Assembly: GCA_964428655.1 (NCBI GenBank) | Contig: CAYRYE010000002.1 | Coordinates: 2,251-66,250 of the forward strand | Length of the DNA stretch: 64,000 bases | Origin: an uncultured Gammaproteobacteria bacterium | GTDB lineage: Bacteria; Patescibacteriota; Microgenomatia; UBA12405; JAHJSD01 | Reading direction: 5' to 3' | Part shown: piece after piece, positions 1-9,140 of the stretch | Layout: each line of letters opens with the position of its first letter | How positions within the stretch are numbered: position 1 is the stretch's first letter | Notes under the pieces: model-generated | Told to the model about the DNA's origin: nothing | Database searches by the model: none | What the model saw: the letters and a program-made list of their open reading frames with translations, nothing else | Made by a program: the position numbers and the translations under genes

Positions 1-155
1 ATCCTTAACGGAGGAGCAGTAACTGGAGGAGTGGGAGATGGTTTCGGGACCTGCGGTGCAGCCATCGTCGCGCCTCTTTCTTTTGCGCCAGAAGCACAAA
101 GAAGGCTTAAACTAAGTAAGCTTAAAGTAGTTCCTATTCCTCTTTTATTTGCCAT
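1..155 (-). CDS. 5' part of a probable exported Pro/Thr-rich protein (runs off the window edge)
   Basis: Manual translation from ATG at 155: MANKRGIGTTLSLLSLSLLCASGAKERGATMAAPQVPKPSPTPPVTAPPLR..., open to the edge; signal-peptide-like N-terminus plus Pro/Thr linker. Confidence 0.5.
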   Translation of the reverse strand, partial: MANKRGIGTTLSLLSLSLLCASGAKERGATMAAPQVPKPSPTPPVTAPPLR

Positions 156-459
156 TATTCCAACAACATCTTATAATAATCCCTATAGTTTGTCAACTAT
201 GGGTTGTTTTGTTATTAAATTCTGCTGGCTGCAATTTTGTAAACTTCTTAGAGTTAATAGGGGAGAAGGGAAGAGCTTTTTTGGGGGAACAATGAATTTT
301 AGGAAAAGAAAAGCTAGGGGACAGATACAATCATTACTAATATGAGATTGTTCAGATTGAAATCTCATTAGCCTTTAATTTCATACTACAATATCCTTTA
401 GATTTGTCAAGAAGGAAAAATGGGTGGAAAAAATAAAGGGGGTTTTTGGGCTAAGAAGT

Positions 460-744
460 CTAATTTCTAAGCATGTCTATTCCTGGATTCTCAATAGCAT
501 AGTCTACTTTTCCATTATCAAAGTGCCGCTCCTCAATCAGTCCTTTTTCTACCATGTAGAATAAATAAGTCCTTAATTTATCGAAGATTCCCTTTTTATC
601 TAAATTGAGGCTTAATTTTTCTGCAATGCCAAGATAACTCGTTTCCTTAAGCGGTCCACCTTCCCCGTATTCATCAAGAATCTCAAGGATTTTCCTGACT
701 AAGTCCTCGTCTAGAGGAATGCTTTTTATTTTTATTTTATCCAT
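460..744 (-). CDS. small hypothetical protein, possibly winged helix
   Basis: 94-aa ORF; C-terminal LFYMVEKGLIE...YAIENPG resembles a wHTH recognition helix and wing. Confidence 0.55.
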   Translation of the reverse strand: MDKIKIKSIPLDEDLVRKILEILDEYGEGGPLKETSYLGIAEKLSLNLDKKGIFDKLRTYLFYMVEKGLIEERHFDNGKVDYAIENPGIDMLRN

Positions 745-1230
745 TGTTTTTATTTAATTAATAATACCAGTTTCGTGTTGCCAGAGAGAGAAGGAAGAAG
801 TAAGAAAAGGGTTTGTGTTGCTTGAGTTTTGGAACTCACCCTAATCTAGACTTCTCGCCTTCCCTCTCCTTGCAGTGATGTTGCGATGTGCCTACTACCG
901 GCCTCCTGGAATGTGCACGCGCCTAACACGCGAAACCCTGCCGCCCGGTTCGTGCCGGTAGAGATCAGCGTCAGTGTGCCGCCCATGTCTTCGGCTTGTG
1001 TGTGGATGCTGAGGATCCCATACGGTAGCTTCTTCACGCGGCCTTGTATGGTTACGAACAAGGGTTCGCTGCTCACCAGCCTGTCCACCACTTGCTCTTC
1101 CTTGCTGGTCCACAGAAAGACTCCTTTCTCCCGCTAACGGGAAATTGTTGGCTCTACCGCTATGTCAATTACATTGTGCTGGAGCAATCCAATACTATGT
1201 CACTAAAAGTATACCATAAAAAGGAGTTTC

Positions 1231-1670
1231 CACCTTTCAGGCGTTTTCATGTTTTCACCTTTCAGGTACTTTACCCACTACAAAATAGCTATACCAAATA
1301 TTTCAATTTCAAAAGAAAAAGAATTGGATCTCTGTTTCAGGGAATATTTAAAGCCATCAGAGTGGAAACAGATGAACAATTAATCCATCTCTCAAGATAT
1401 ATTCACCTTAATCCCTATTCATCATATATAGTAAAATCAATTAAAGACTTAAAAACCTATCCTTGGTCATCTTTACCTGATTACTTAGGAAAACAAAAGT
1501 ACCCTTTTCTTAAAAAGAAATTTATTCTTGATTTTTTCAAGAGCAAAAGGGATTACCAAGAGTTTGTTTTTAATCAGGCTGATTACCAGAAAGAGTTGGA
1601 AAAAATCAAGCATCTAACCTGGGAAGACTAATTGTCCCAGGGTGCAGCAGCTGTTGCACCTGAAAGGTGC
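1231..1670. repeat. REP-like short palindromes flanking the RAYT remnant
   Basis: CACCTTTCAGGCG (1231-1243), CACCTTTCAGGTA (1256-1268) and GCACCTGAAAGGTGC (1656-1670, reverse-complement orientation). Confidence 0.7.
1270..1631 (+). pseudogene. 5'-truncated REP-associated tyrosine transposase (RAYT, IS200/Y1 family)
   Basis: SYTKYFN...GSLFQG.FKAI.VE....LSRYIHLNP...YPWSS is the C-terminal half of RAYT-type Y1 transposases; the N-terminal HUH motif is absent and the upstream ORF sequence is unrelated. Confidence 0.8.
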
Positions 1671-1736
1671 TATAGACATAGACAAGAAAACGGGATGTGC
1701 CTGTAAAGCCGGCGATGATAATCCTTATTAAAAGTA

Positions 1737-2264
1737 GTGTATGAAAATATGAACAATAATATTCGACTCTACATGAGTCTAGAGGGTTTTGTGCTAAATT
1801 CAATTATTAAACAAAAGAAAATAGATCTTTTTAAGAAGGCCCTTAGTTTAGAAGTAATCCCCAAAAAAGGAAATTTCACCAAATATGTCCGTCATGTAAC
1901 CAGTAATAAAGACCTTCTCATTGCGGAATACAAATACGTTAAAAATATTCTTAAAAATGGTAATTCGTGGGGCGAAATCTTAGTTATCAAAAACAAAGAT
2001 AATCAAATTGTTGGCAGTTTCGGCCCAAACAGGATCGGGAAAGAAGATGGTAAAAAAAGAGCAATGCCAGGTTATTTTTTTGTTCTTCCGGAATGGAGAA
2101 ATCTTGGAATAGGGACTGTTCTTTGGAATATAGGAATTGAAAGAATGAAGAAAAAAGGAGCTGATTTTATTATCTGCGCGGTAGAATCAACTAATACTCT
2201 TGCTCTTAAGATATATACACAAATGGGTATGAAACAAATGACTAACGAAACTTATGAAAACTGA
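1737..2264 (+). CDS. GNAT family N-acetyltransferase
   Basis: FFVLPEWRNLGIGTVL (motif A) and NTLALKIYTQMGM (motif B). Confidence 0.85.
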   Translation: MYENMNNNIRLYMSLEGFVLNSIIKQKKIDLFKKALSLEVIPKKGNFTKYVRHVTSNKDLLIAEYKYVKNILKNGNSWGEILVIKNKDNQIVGSFGPNRIGKEDGKKRAMPGYFFVLPEWRNLGIGTVLWNIGIERMKKKGADFIICAVESTNTLALKIYTQMGMKQMTNETYEN

Positions 2265-2276
2265 GAGCGTGGAGTT

Positions 2277-2792
2277 TCAGTAATTTCTCGGAATAATGGT
2301 GGTTCTGAATTGGACTGAACTCGCTTGTTCTGCTTCTCCTTGACTCAGGCCGAAATTAATTGTTACTTTCGGAGTCTCTCCTGGATTAAAACTGCAAAGC
2401 GCAAATTCACTGCAATCAATGTCAACATTTTGAACCAGTATTGCCGGATTAGCGCTATCAGAGGCTATTTGGCTTGCACTACAAGTAAAGGTAGTCCACA
2501 AACCATCTCTACTTCTAATAGAAATGCTCCCCATGACAAGACCATCACAAATATCTCCAATGGTCTCTATCCCATTCGGATCTCCTATTTCCTCGGCGCC
2601 GCGAATCTTCCTCTCCACCACCCCTATGGCAAATGTGCCTTTTTGCTTTAATGTTTTGATTATTTTGGACTTAGTACTGCTCCTTACAACAACTAAGAAA
2701 ATACTGGCTGTTATCACTCCAATAATTCCCAAGATGGCAGTGGCTACCATTAATTCGATAATGGTAAAACCCTTATTATTAGCGGTCAACAT
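2277..2792 (-). CDS. type IV pilin-like (minor pilin/pseudopilin)
   Basis: KGFTIIELMVA class III signal; start placed at ATG 2792 (MLTANNKGF). Confidence 0.85.
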   Translation of the reverse strand: MLTANNKGFTIIELMVATAILGIIGVITASIFLVVVRSSTKSKIIKTLKQKGTFAIGVVERKIRGAEEIGDPNGIETIGDICDGLVMGSISIRSRDGLWTTFTCSASQIASDSANPAILVQNVDIDCSEFALCSFNPGETPKVTINFGLSQGEAEQASSVQFRTTIIPRNY

Positions 2793-3216
2793 CCCAATCA
2801 GTGAAATAACTAGTAACCTCAAACTCTCTTTCCTGACTGCCATCATTCCAGGTAACTGTGACAAGTATCTCTACTTTTCTTGTTGAAGGAGTAGTGCTTC
2901 CATCCAACTCATAGTTTTGAAAGCTAAAAACGCGCTGGATTAAACCAAAATCGCTCATGTCCTCGGGGCTACTGATATATCCATCTTCTGCCCAAGTCCA
3001 GAAATCATCCAACTCATTCCTTTTCATGGCTTTTAAATCTTCCATTTTCTCCTGGGTTAGTTTGACTGCTACTGATCTTAATTTGGCCCCTCGAGCAATA
3101 CGATTGAAATAGATAACCGCAAAAACAAAACCGGATAAAATTAATCCGGTGATGCCAATAACAAAAACTACTTCAATCAAGGTTTGCCCCCTGCTAGCTA
3201 TATCCTTCATAATCAC
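2779..3216 (-). CDS. type IV minor pilin (PilV-like)
   Basis: RGQTLIEVVFVI prepilin motif; C-terminal KVEILVTVTW. Confidence 0.85.
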   Translation of the reverse strand: MIMKDIASRGQTLIEVVFVIGITGLILSGFVFAVIYFNRIARGAKLRSVAVKLTQEKMEDLKAMKRNELDDFWTWAEDGYISSPEDMSDFGLIQRVFSFQNYELDGSTTPSTRKVEILVTVTWNDGSQEREFEVTSYFTDWDVDR

Positions 3217-3218
3217 AC

Positions 3219-3686
3219 TCAGGACAATTCTATCTCCCCTGATTCGGAAATATCAATCTGTTTTGTTTTATTATTATAAGTCACAGTGATTGATTCTACC
3301 TCATCCACCACTCCCGATAAGCTTTGAAACTTAAAGCTGGCAATCCCGCATTGAGCAAGGGAATCTAACTCTATTGTCTCGGGACTAATACTCACTTCAC
3401 TCCCTGTTCCATCACGACAATTGGCAGTGACAACAAGATCGCAGTCGGCGGCAACATCAATTTGGTAATTACTGAAAAACAAACACTCAGGGTTAACTGG
3501 TTTTTCTCCGTTGATCGCTTTAAACCTAATCAACCGAAACTGAGAAACCAATTCCAGGCCCACTGATTCTACAACTTTTTTTTCGCGATAATTAGTCCAG
3601 CTCGCCAAACTAAAACTGGTCATAATTCCCATAATAGTAACCACAACCATTAACTCAACTAAAGTGAAGCCGTTCTTCTTCATCAA
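3219..3686 (-). CDS. type IV minor pilin (FimT/GspH-like)
   Basis: NGFTLVELMVVV prepilin motif. Confidence 0.85.
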   Translation of the reverse strand: MMKKNGFTLVELMVVVTIMGIMTSFSLASWTNYREKKVVESVGLELVSQFRLIRFKAINGEKPVNPECLFFSNYQIDVAADCDLVVTANCRDGTGSEVSISPETIELDSLAQCGIASFKFQSLSGVVDEVESITVTYNNKTKQIDISESGEIELS

Positions 3687-4084
3687 GGATTAGTCACTTG
3701 ATAATTACAATTCCCAGGAGCAGTTCCACAATTGCTTCCACAATCGTCGGTTCCACCCGCATCAAGATAAGCGCAGAGAACATAAGAATAACCAGTAGCA
3801 GAATTGTAATAATAAGAATAGCCTTTTGGATCTTGAAGCGTTGTTGTAAGATAATCACCGGCACTTAAAGTGGGAACTAAATTGTCCCAATTTACTGCCG
3901 GGTAAGTCGCGTTATCGGACCGATGCATCTCCAAAGCTGCCCGAACTTGTTCCAAATCAGATTTTCTTTTTGAGTCGCGTCCTTTTTCTCGAGCGGCTCG
4001 ATAGCTGGTTACTCCAATTGCAGAAAGAAGAATAACAATAGAAATAGCTACCAATAGTTCGATTAGTGTAAATCCTTTTTTCAT
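3683..4084 (-). CDS. type IV pilin (GspG-like)
   Basis: KGFTLIELLVA; RDSKRKSDL; Cys-rich C-terminus. Confidence 0.9.
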   Translation of the reverse strand: MKKGFTLIELLVAISIVILLSAIGVTSYRAAREKGRDSKRKSDLEQVRAALEMHRSDNATYPAVNWDNLVPTLSAGDYLTTTLQDPKGYSYYYNSATGYSYVLCAYLDAGGTDDCGSNCGTAPGNCNYQVTNP

Positions 4085-4536
4085 TGTAAATGTTTAATAC
4101 AAAATTTATCTGTTCCCGCGCTAAAACTACAACTGTCACCTCCACAAGTACACCCGCCGCAATTACCACCAGTAGTATCATCTAAACCAGCAAAAAAACA
4201 ATAATAGTCAGCCGAGCAATTAGTCATATCGTAACTCCCTGAAGAAGTCGGATCGCTGGGCACTTTTTCTAAAAGCGTATAGCCTCCTGTAGCAAAGGTG
4301 CTTCCGCTTGACGGACAACTTGCTCCCGAAGGATAGCTTTCCGCGATTGTCAAGTACTGCTCCATTGCTTGCTGAATACTTAAAAGGTCATCTCGACGGC
4401 GAGCATCACGAGCTCGTCTCTTTCCCCCCTGATACGAAATAATTCCTATAATCATAAGAACGCCAATTATTGAGGCTGTTACCAGGAGTTCAATAAGTGT
4501 AAAACCTCCGAGTCGGAGGTCAAACTCTTTTTTCAT
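4081..4536 (-). CDS. type IV pilin (GspG-like)
   Basis: GGFTLIELLVT; RDARRRDDL; Cys-rich C-terminus. Confidence 0.9.
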   Translation of the reverse strand: MKKEFDLRLGGFTLIELLVTASIIGVLMIIGIISYQGGKRRARDARRRDDLLSIQQAMEQYLTIAESYPSGASCPSSGSTFATGGYTLLEKVPSDPTSSGSYDMTNCSADYYCFFAGLDDTTGGNCGGCTCGGDSCSFSAGTDKFCIKHLQ

Positions 4537-4551
4537 TATTTGTATTTATCC

Positions 4552-4989
4552 TTACTGTTGACTGGGCATACAATAATAAGTCCCATCATTAGCCCAGGGA
4601 TCACAATCACTATCACTCGCATTACCGCCACTACCTTGCTCTAAAAGTGCGCAAACACAATAACTGGCGGCGCTACAGTTGCCGTCATTCACATAATAGC
4701 TGTAATCGGCTTCACCTCTATTTCTCCCTCTCGGATCAGTGGGCGGCCAAGCTCCTTGCCAAACTGTCGCTGCCATTGTGTCACAACTGGCATAAGCATC
4801 ATTAACAGCATAATATTGCTCAAAAGAGTCACTAATTGCTTTAATATCTGATTTAGCTCGGCTATCACGGGCTTTTTTTTGAGCATTAGAATAAGAAACA
4901 ACACCAAGAGCTACTAAAATTCCAATAATTGAAATTACTACTAAAAGTTCAAAAAGCGTAAAGCCCAAATTTGATTTTTGATTTTTCAT
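4552..4989 (-). CDS. type IV pilin (GspG-like)
   Basis: MKNQKSNLGFTLFELLVV; RDSRAKSDI; start placed at ATG 4989. Confidence 0.9.
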   Translation of the reverse strand: MKNQKSNLGFTLFELLVVISIIGILVALGVVSYSNAQKKARDSRAKSDIKAISDSFEQYYAVNDAYASCDTMAATVWQGAWPPTDPRGRNRGEADYSYYVNDGNCSAASYCVCALLEQGSGGNASDSDCDPWANDGTYYCMPSQQ

Positions 4990-5414
4990 CACTCTCCACA
5001 AGCATAATAACAATTAACAGTACAATCGCAAACACAAATGGTGCCGCAGCGACTTAGTGACGCGCTTATTTCCTGATCGCCAGCATTTTCCAGCGAGGCA
5101 CAAACAAGAAAGTTGTCACCATCAGCCCCAACACAATAATTATATTCTCGACCGTCAACTGAATCCTGAGGAACCTGCTGCATATAGGGAGACCAAGAGC
5201 TGCCAAAAGAAAAAGTCCCCGCCAAAGGATAGGATTGATTATCATTATAGTAAAGTCTTAGGGCGCTCCTTACTTCATTCAAATCACTTTTCCTTCGAGA
5301 ATCCCTAGCTCTTTCTCGAGAGCTGACAAAATTTGGCAAAATCACACCAGCCAAAATGCCAATGATAAAAATGACTACCAGTAATTCAATTAAGGTAAAG
5401 CCCTTATTGTTCAT
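4989..5414 (-). CDS. type IV pilin (GspG-like)
   Basis: KGFTLIELLVV; RDSRRKSDL. Confidence 0.9.
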   Translation of the reverse strand: MNNKGFTLIELLVVIFIIGILAGVILPNFVSSRERARDSRRKSDLNEVRSALRLYYNDNQSYPLAGTFSFGSSWSPYMQQVPQDSVDGREYNYCVGADGDNFLVCASLENAGDQEISASLSRCGTICVCDCTVNCYYACGE

Positions 5415-5893
5415 GGATTGGGTGTTGGTCTAATATTAGAACTGCTCATTACGTAACAATAACTGCCGCCATAACAGGTATATAAATCTTGGCAGTCAGG
5501 ATCTTGGTCATTTTCCAGAGCAGCGAATAAATAAAAATAACTGCCGTCACCGTTATAACAATATTGACCATCAGATGATGGATCTTTAGGCAGCACTTTC
5601 ATGTAGATAGCATTATTAGTGGAAAACTCTGTCCCCCAATCAAGACCCACTCCATCTACTTCAATTATTCCTGTGTCGACGGAGGGAGGATAGGCCTCAT
5701 GATCGTTATAATACATCTCTACAGCCCGGGTCACATTACCTAAATCAGCTTTTCTTTGGGCGTCACGAGCTTTCACCTGGCTGGTCCGGTACTGACCAAA
5801 CCCAACTGTGGCCAAAATCCCCAAAATAGCCATCACTACCAATAATTCTAATAGGGTAAAACCCTCCCTGAGTTTTGACATCTTTATCCGCAT
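5411..5893 (-). CDS. type IV pilin (GspG-like)
   Basis: EGFTLLELLVV; RDAQRKADL. Confidence 0.9.
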   Translation of the reverse strand: MRIKMSKLREGFTLLELLVVMAILGILATVGFGQYRTSQVKARDAQRKADLGNVTRAVEMYYNDHEAYPPSVDTGIIEVDGVGLDWGTEFSTNNAIYMKVLPKDPSSDGQYCYNGDGSYFYLFAALENDQDPDCQDLYTCYGGSYCYVMSSSNIRPTPNP

Positions 5894-6516
5894 GTTTCAT
5901 CCGGACAACAATAATAATCGTTTGGGCCTTGAAATATCCTTTCACCCTGAAAACAACTACACACGCCGCAATCACCCACCATGTCATAAGGATTCGGACA
6001 ACTGGCTGTATGAGGCGCCGGTTCTCTGGTTGTTGGACAAATAAAAGTAGTGGCTGGAACATCGCCAACAGCCACATTGGGGCTGGAAACACCGTAATTC
6101 ACTTCTTCTCCATCAATCGTCTCCCCCTCTTCCAGACCTAATCTCGAAATAGCTGGATCATCCTCATTTTCCAAAAAAGTATAAGCCTTATACCAAACAT
6201 AACAAGAACCTTCAATGTAAGTACCCACAAGACCTTTATAGGATTGATTAGTTGCCGGATCACAAGGAACTTTCTTCAAGTAAGGATCCAAATCATCGCT
6301 GCCGCAATTTTCAAGGATGGCAATGTCTGGATAACAGCCGTTGTCATTATAATAATCTTCAAAAGCAACTCTAATTCTTTCTAAATCATCCTTTCTTTTG
6401 GCATCCCTGCCTTTATTTAGCTGCCCCCGCAGTCCAAAATAAATTAAAAGAAGGGCTAAAATAATCGTTATAACAATCAGAATCTCTATTAAACTCACAC
6501 CCTTATTTTTATTCAT
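5884..6516 (-). CDS. type IV pilin with Cys-rich C-terminal extension
   Basis: MNKNKGVSLIEILIV; RDAKRKDDL; start placed at ATG 6516. Confidence 0.85.
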   Translation of the reverse strand: MNKNKGVSLIEILIVITIILALLLIYFGLRGQLNKGRDAKRKDDLERIRVAFEDYYNDNGCYPDIAILENCGSDDLDPYLKKVPCDPATNQSYKGLVGTYIEGSCYVWYKAYTFLENEDDPAISRLGLEEGETIDGEEVNYGVSSPNVAVGDVPATTFICPTTREPAPHTASCPNPYDMVGDCGVCSCFQGERIFQGPNDYYCCPDETCG

Positions 6517-7316
6517 TTGAAAATTGAGAATTGAAAATTGAAAATTTCCAGCATCTTTTCTCCCCAAAACCAACTAACAAAAGTCGCTAAAACTAAAAAC
6601 GGACCAAAGGCGATTTGCTGGCCAAATTTCTTTTTTTTCAACAAAATCAGTATGACACCCAAAACAGCCCCAGTCAAGAAAGCAAGATAAAAGCCCAAAA
6701 CAGCTTTGGGAAATCCTAAGAAAAACCCTATGAAAAAGGAAAACTTGACATCCCCTAATCCCATACCTCGACCCCTAGTAATTAAATGTAAAAAAAGAAA
6801 AAAAGCGGCCGATACCAAGCCGGTTAACAAATAATTTCCCCAAATTCCTCCGAGGTGAAGAAAAAAAGTCAAAACGATTAACCCTCCCACTGCCCAATCA
6901 GGAATAATTTGGTAATGGAGATCAAAAAGAAAAACAGCAATCAAGATAGTAGATAATAGATAGTAGATAATAGATAATAAAATATTGGTGGATGAAATGG
7001 CAAATTTCCACGTTAATAAATAAACAACTCCCGTTCCCAACTCCACCAGCAAATACTCCCAGGGGATAGGGGAATGACAAGTGCGGCAACGACCGCGAAG
7101 CAACAAGAAAGAAACAATCGGAATGTTTTCCCACCATTTCAATTGCTGACCGCAATGGTCACACAGTGATCTCCCCCTTAGCCAATCTAATTTTTTTTGA
7201 CTCTTTTTATCACCTTGCCCTGAACCGCGCTTCAGGGACCGCCAAACCACAACATTCAAAAAGCTGCCCACCGCAGTACCTAAACCAAAGACTAAAGCCC
7301 TAAATAAAAGTACCAT
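6513..7316 (-). CDS. pilD: prepilin peptidase (A24A)
   Basis: GSFLNVV, CxxC pairs (CDHC, CRTC), DLHYQIIPD, GMGLGDVK, FGPFL. Confidence 0.95.
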   Translation of the reverse strand: MVLLFRALVFGLGTAVGSFLNVVVWRSLKRGSGQGDKKSQKKLDWLRGRSLCDHCGQQLKWWENIPIVSFLLLRGRCRTCHSPIPWEYLLVELGTGVVYLLTWKFAISSTNILLSIIYYLLSTILIAVFLFDLHYQIIPDWAVGGLIVLTFFLHLGGIWGNYLLTGLVSAAFFLFLHLITRGRGMGLGDVKFSFFIGFFLGFPKAVLGFYLAFLTGAVLGVILILLKKKKFGQQIAFGPFLVLATFVSWFWGEKMLEIFNFQFSIFK

Positions 7317-7318
7317 CT

Positions 7319-7900
7319 CTAAAACAACTCGGGCACACAAATCATACACCGCCCCTCAGTAAACGGAGGAGGACAAGCTATCGGGGGGTTATTGTAACCA
7401 CCACCAGCATCTTTCGCTTCAGCACTTCCAGTGGCCACCTTATTAGTATTAGCTTTGGGTTCGTAACAAACATAAGTTGACTGCTCCGTACTATTATAAA
7501 TAACGTGTAGCCTATCAATATCGTCCGATCCACTGGCAAATTGTTCTTTTTTTCTAAAGGACGATTTTAATTCTCCGGTCGTTATTAATTCTCCACTGGT
7601 TGCACAAGTAGCATCACCGCAGACACCGGAAAGAACCGCCTCGCCCACATCATCATAATCTTCAGTTCCATCTCCCCAGGAATAGTCCTGGTTAGAAGCG
7701 TAATATCTTTCAACCGCCGCTAATAATTCAGCCGCGTCGTTTTTAAATCTGGAATCTCTAGCCTTATTAATTTGCTCAATTGGATTCAAAGTAGCTATTA
7801 AGGCTGCTGCCAAAATACCAATCAGGGCAATAACAATCAATAACTCAACTAATGTGAAACCTGATTTTTGATTTTTGATTTTTGATTTTTGATTTTTCAT
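7319..7900 (-). CDS. type IV pilin, probable major pilin
   Basis: SGFTLVELLIV prepilin motif; strong AAGGAGG RBS just upstream of ATG 7900. Confidence 0.9.
   Translation of the reverse strand: MKNQKSKIKNQKSGFTLVELLIVIALIGILAAALIATLNPIEQINKARDSRFKNDAAELLAAVERYYASNQDYSWGDGTEDYDDVGEAVLSGVCGDATCATSGELITTGELKSSFRKKEQFASGSDDIDRLHVIYNSTEQSTYVCYEPKANTNKVATGSAEAKDAGGGYNNPPIACPPPFTEGRCMICVPELF
7862..7896. repeat. perfect (TGATTTT)5 tandem heptamer inside the pilin leader peptide
   Basis: Five exact units directly after the start codon, encoding KNQKSKIKNQKS. Confidence 0.9.
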
Positions 7901-7922
7901 ATTCACCTCCTTTCAAAGTTAA

Positions 7923-9140
7923 CTAAAACTGACTTGTTAAATTATAAATCGGCATAATGATCGCAATTACCAAAAAACCAACTCCCAGCCCTAATAAAAT
8001 CATGATAAGCGGCTCTATTGCGCTTGTCAAGGTTTTAACTCTCTGTTCTGCTTCCATTTCAAAATATCGCGAAATATTGTTTAAAATTTCATCCAACTTG
8101 CCGGTCTGCTCACCAGTAGCAACCAATTGGGAAACTATTGGCGGAAAAGCTGGATTCTCAGCAATTGAATCTGATAAAAGTAATCCTTTCTCCACCCTTT
8201 TTGCCGATCGGTTCAGACCTTGATGAAATACTTCGTTGCCCGAAGCTTCACCGACAATTTTTAAAGCATCCACTAGGGGAACTCCTGTTCCCAACAGGGT
8301 CCCCAATGTCCTGGATATCTCTGTTAGAATCATTGCCTTAGTCAGAGGACCCATAACAGGAACTTTTAATTTTAACTCGTCAAGTTTTTTTCTAGTTTCT
8401 TTGTTTTTCTGAGCGGCACGAAAAGCTATTACCAACCCAACAATTAACAAGGGAAACAACCAGACATTTCTAGAAACAAAATCAGCAATGCCGATTAAAA
8501 CTCTCGTTGCCAGCGGCATTTCGGTACCAAATTCAGAATAAAGTGAAGTCATCTTGGGAATTACAAAAATCATCATAATAAAACTAACCACAACCATACC
8601 GATAATAATGATTGCCGGATAGATCATGGCTCCTTTCACTTTGCCCACAAACTCCTTTTTTTTCTCTAAATTATTCGCTAGCCTAAGCAAAACTTTATCC
8701 AAAACCCCTCCTTCCTCACCAGCTTTAATTGAGGCGATATAAACATTTCCAAAAACTTTTTTCTCTTTCTCCAAGGCTTTTCCCAAAGGATCACCTCCCT
8801 GCACCTTGGCTAAAACCTCCTCAATTATCTGTTCCATCCTGCCGCTGACTTGTTCTTTAATCAGTCCAAGGGCTTCAGTTAGAGGCAAACCAACATTAAT
8901 CATTGTTGACAATTGTCTGGTAAAGCCTACTATTTGGTTCGAAGAAATCCGCATTAAAAAAATCGACCTGAAATAGCCCAAAATCGTTTTCCGCTGAGAC
9001 TCCAAAGACAAAACAACTAGATCTCTCTCCTTCAATAAAACAATGGCTCCCTTGCGCTCCTTTGCTTCAACAACACCCTTGATAGTTTTTCCCTGCCAAT
9101 TTTTAGCTTTGAAAACAAATTTCTTCATCTCATTTAGCAA
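7923..9140 (-). CDS. pilC: type IV pilus platform protein PilC (T2SSF family)
   Basis: FTRQLSTM, GEEGGVL, AMIYP, GEQTGKL, IEPL. Confidence 0.95.
   Translation of the reverse strand: MLNEMKKFVFKAKNWQGKTIKGVVEAKERKGAIVLLKERDLVVLSLESQRKTILGYFRSIFLMRISSNQIVGFTRQLSTMINVGLPLTEALGLIKEQVSGRMEQIIEEVLAKVQGGDPLGKALEKEKKVFGNVYIASIKAGEEGGVLDKVLLRLANNLEKKKEFVGKVKGAMIYPAIIIIGMVVVSFIMMIFVIPKMTSLYSEFGTEMPLATRVLIGIADFVSRNVWLFPLLIVGLVIAFRAAQKNKETRKKLDELKLKVPVMGPLTKAMILTEISRTLGTLLGTGVPLVDALKIVGEASGNEVFHQGLNRSAKRVEKGLLLSDSIAENPAFPPIVSQLVATGEQTGKLDEILNNISRYFEMEAEQRVKTLTSAIEPLIMILLGLGVGFLVIAIIMPIYNLTSQF

Noticed and set aside
1044-1269. N-terminal part of the 195-aa ORF as a full transposase
   Set aside because: No HUH motif; it reads through intergenic and REP sequence
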